Assembly: GCA_046565505.1 (NCBI GenBank)
Contig: JBKHYJ010000042.1
Coordinates: 67,770 to 131,769, forward strand
Length of the DNA stretch: 64,000 nucleotides
Source of the DNA: Blastocatellia bacterium
GTDB taxonomy: Bacteria > Acidobacteriota > Blastocatellia > UBA7656
Direction of reading: 5' to 3'
The translations under genes were made by a program, and so were the position numbers. Shown in pieces: positions 63,818 to 64,000 of this stretch. The stretch's first letter is position 1. Each line of letters opens with the position of its first letter. The notes under the pieces are model-generated. The model saw only the letters and a list, made by a program, of their open reading frames with translations. It made no database searches and had not been told where the DNA came from.

Positions 63818-63844
63818 TTGACAAAGCAAAAGGCGTGGTATAGG
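63818..63844 (+). promoter_or_regulatory. sigma70-like promoter (TTGACA, 15-nt spacer, extended -10 TGgTATAGG) reading toward window end
   Basis: Hexamers read directly. Downstream ~150 nt are ORF-free with GC hairpins. Confidence 0.35.
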
Positions 63845-64000
63845 TTCGGTTCCGGGGTTGAGAAGAGGCCGGCGTTAGGGCGGGCCTCTCTGTGACCCGC
63901 GTCGAGTACGCCCTTTGGGTGAAACGGGTTTAATTTTGGCTGGCTCTGCTTCTGACTCAATGCTTGGAAAATTGCTAGACAATCGTTACCGCCTCGTCGA

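Noticed and set aside
1-64000. Searched for CRISPR arrays, IS/transposase genes, integrases, tRNA/rRNA genes and long direct repeats
   Set aside because: No spaced short direct repeats, no transposase- or integrase-like translations, and no tRNA-like cloverleaf candidates noticed. The only repeats are intra-NRPS domain homology and the two methyltransferase paralogues.

Overview
High-GC bacterial chromosomal segment. The gene content (two 'ADOP'-type MacB/FtsX orphan permeases, one in a PadR-permease pair, plus UPF0182) suggests an Acidobacteria-like organism; this is inference only. The centre of the window (~10.5-42.5 kb) is a large, all-minus-strand non-ribosomal peptide (lipopeptide) biosynthetic gene cluster. 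A 4813-aa NRPS has the domain order FAAL-ACP-C-A(with inserted N-methyltransferase)-T-C-A-T-C-C*-A-T. It is followed by a stand-alone carrier protein, an MFS exporter, a SAM-methyltransferase, an ADOP permease, a membrane fatty-acid desaturase, a B3/4-domain (PheT editing-domain-like) protein, a terminating NRPS (C-A-T-TE) and a second paralogous SAM-methyltransferase. A Glu/Leu/Phe/Val-dehydrogenase-family gene and a divergently placed TauD/SyrP-like Fe/2OG hydroxylase lie at the left edge of the cluster. Hand-derived specificity codes suggest Asp (module 2, with the trans hydroxylase this would give beta-OH-Asp) and Ser (module 3). The predicted product is an N-acyl, N-methylated tetrapeptide. 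A 1.3-kb ORF-free, lower-GC leader lies upstream of the NRPS. Left flank: PDZ fragment, PUR-like DUF3276 protein, LysE exporter, secreted proteins, a YetF-family membrane protein, DUF5996, and a secreted protein with an internally duplicated Cys-containing domain. Right flank: PadR-ADOP-membrane GT-like-NPP phosphodiesterase operon, MBL hydrolase, MFS, hydrolases and UPF0182. At the right edge is a c-di-GMP / partner-switching operon: GAF-GGDEF (AGDEF), a P-loop NTPase fused to an RsbW-like kinase, a STAS antagonist, and GAF-HD-GYP. No rRNA, tRNA, CRISPR or IS elements were recognised.
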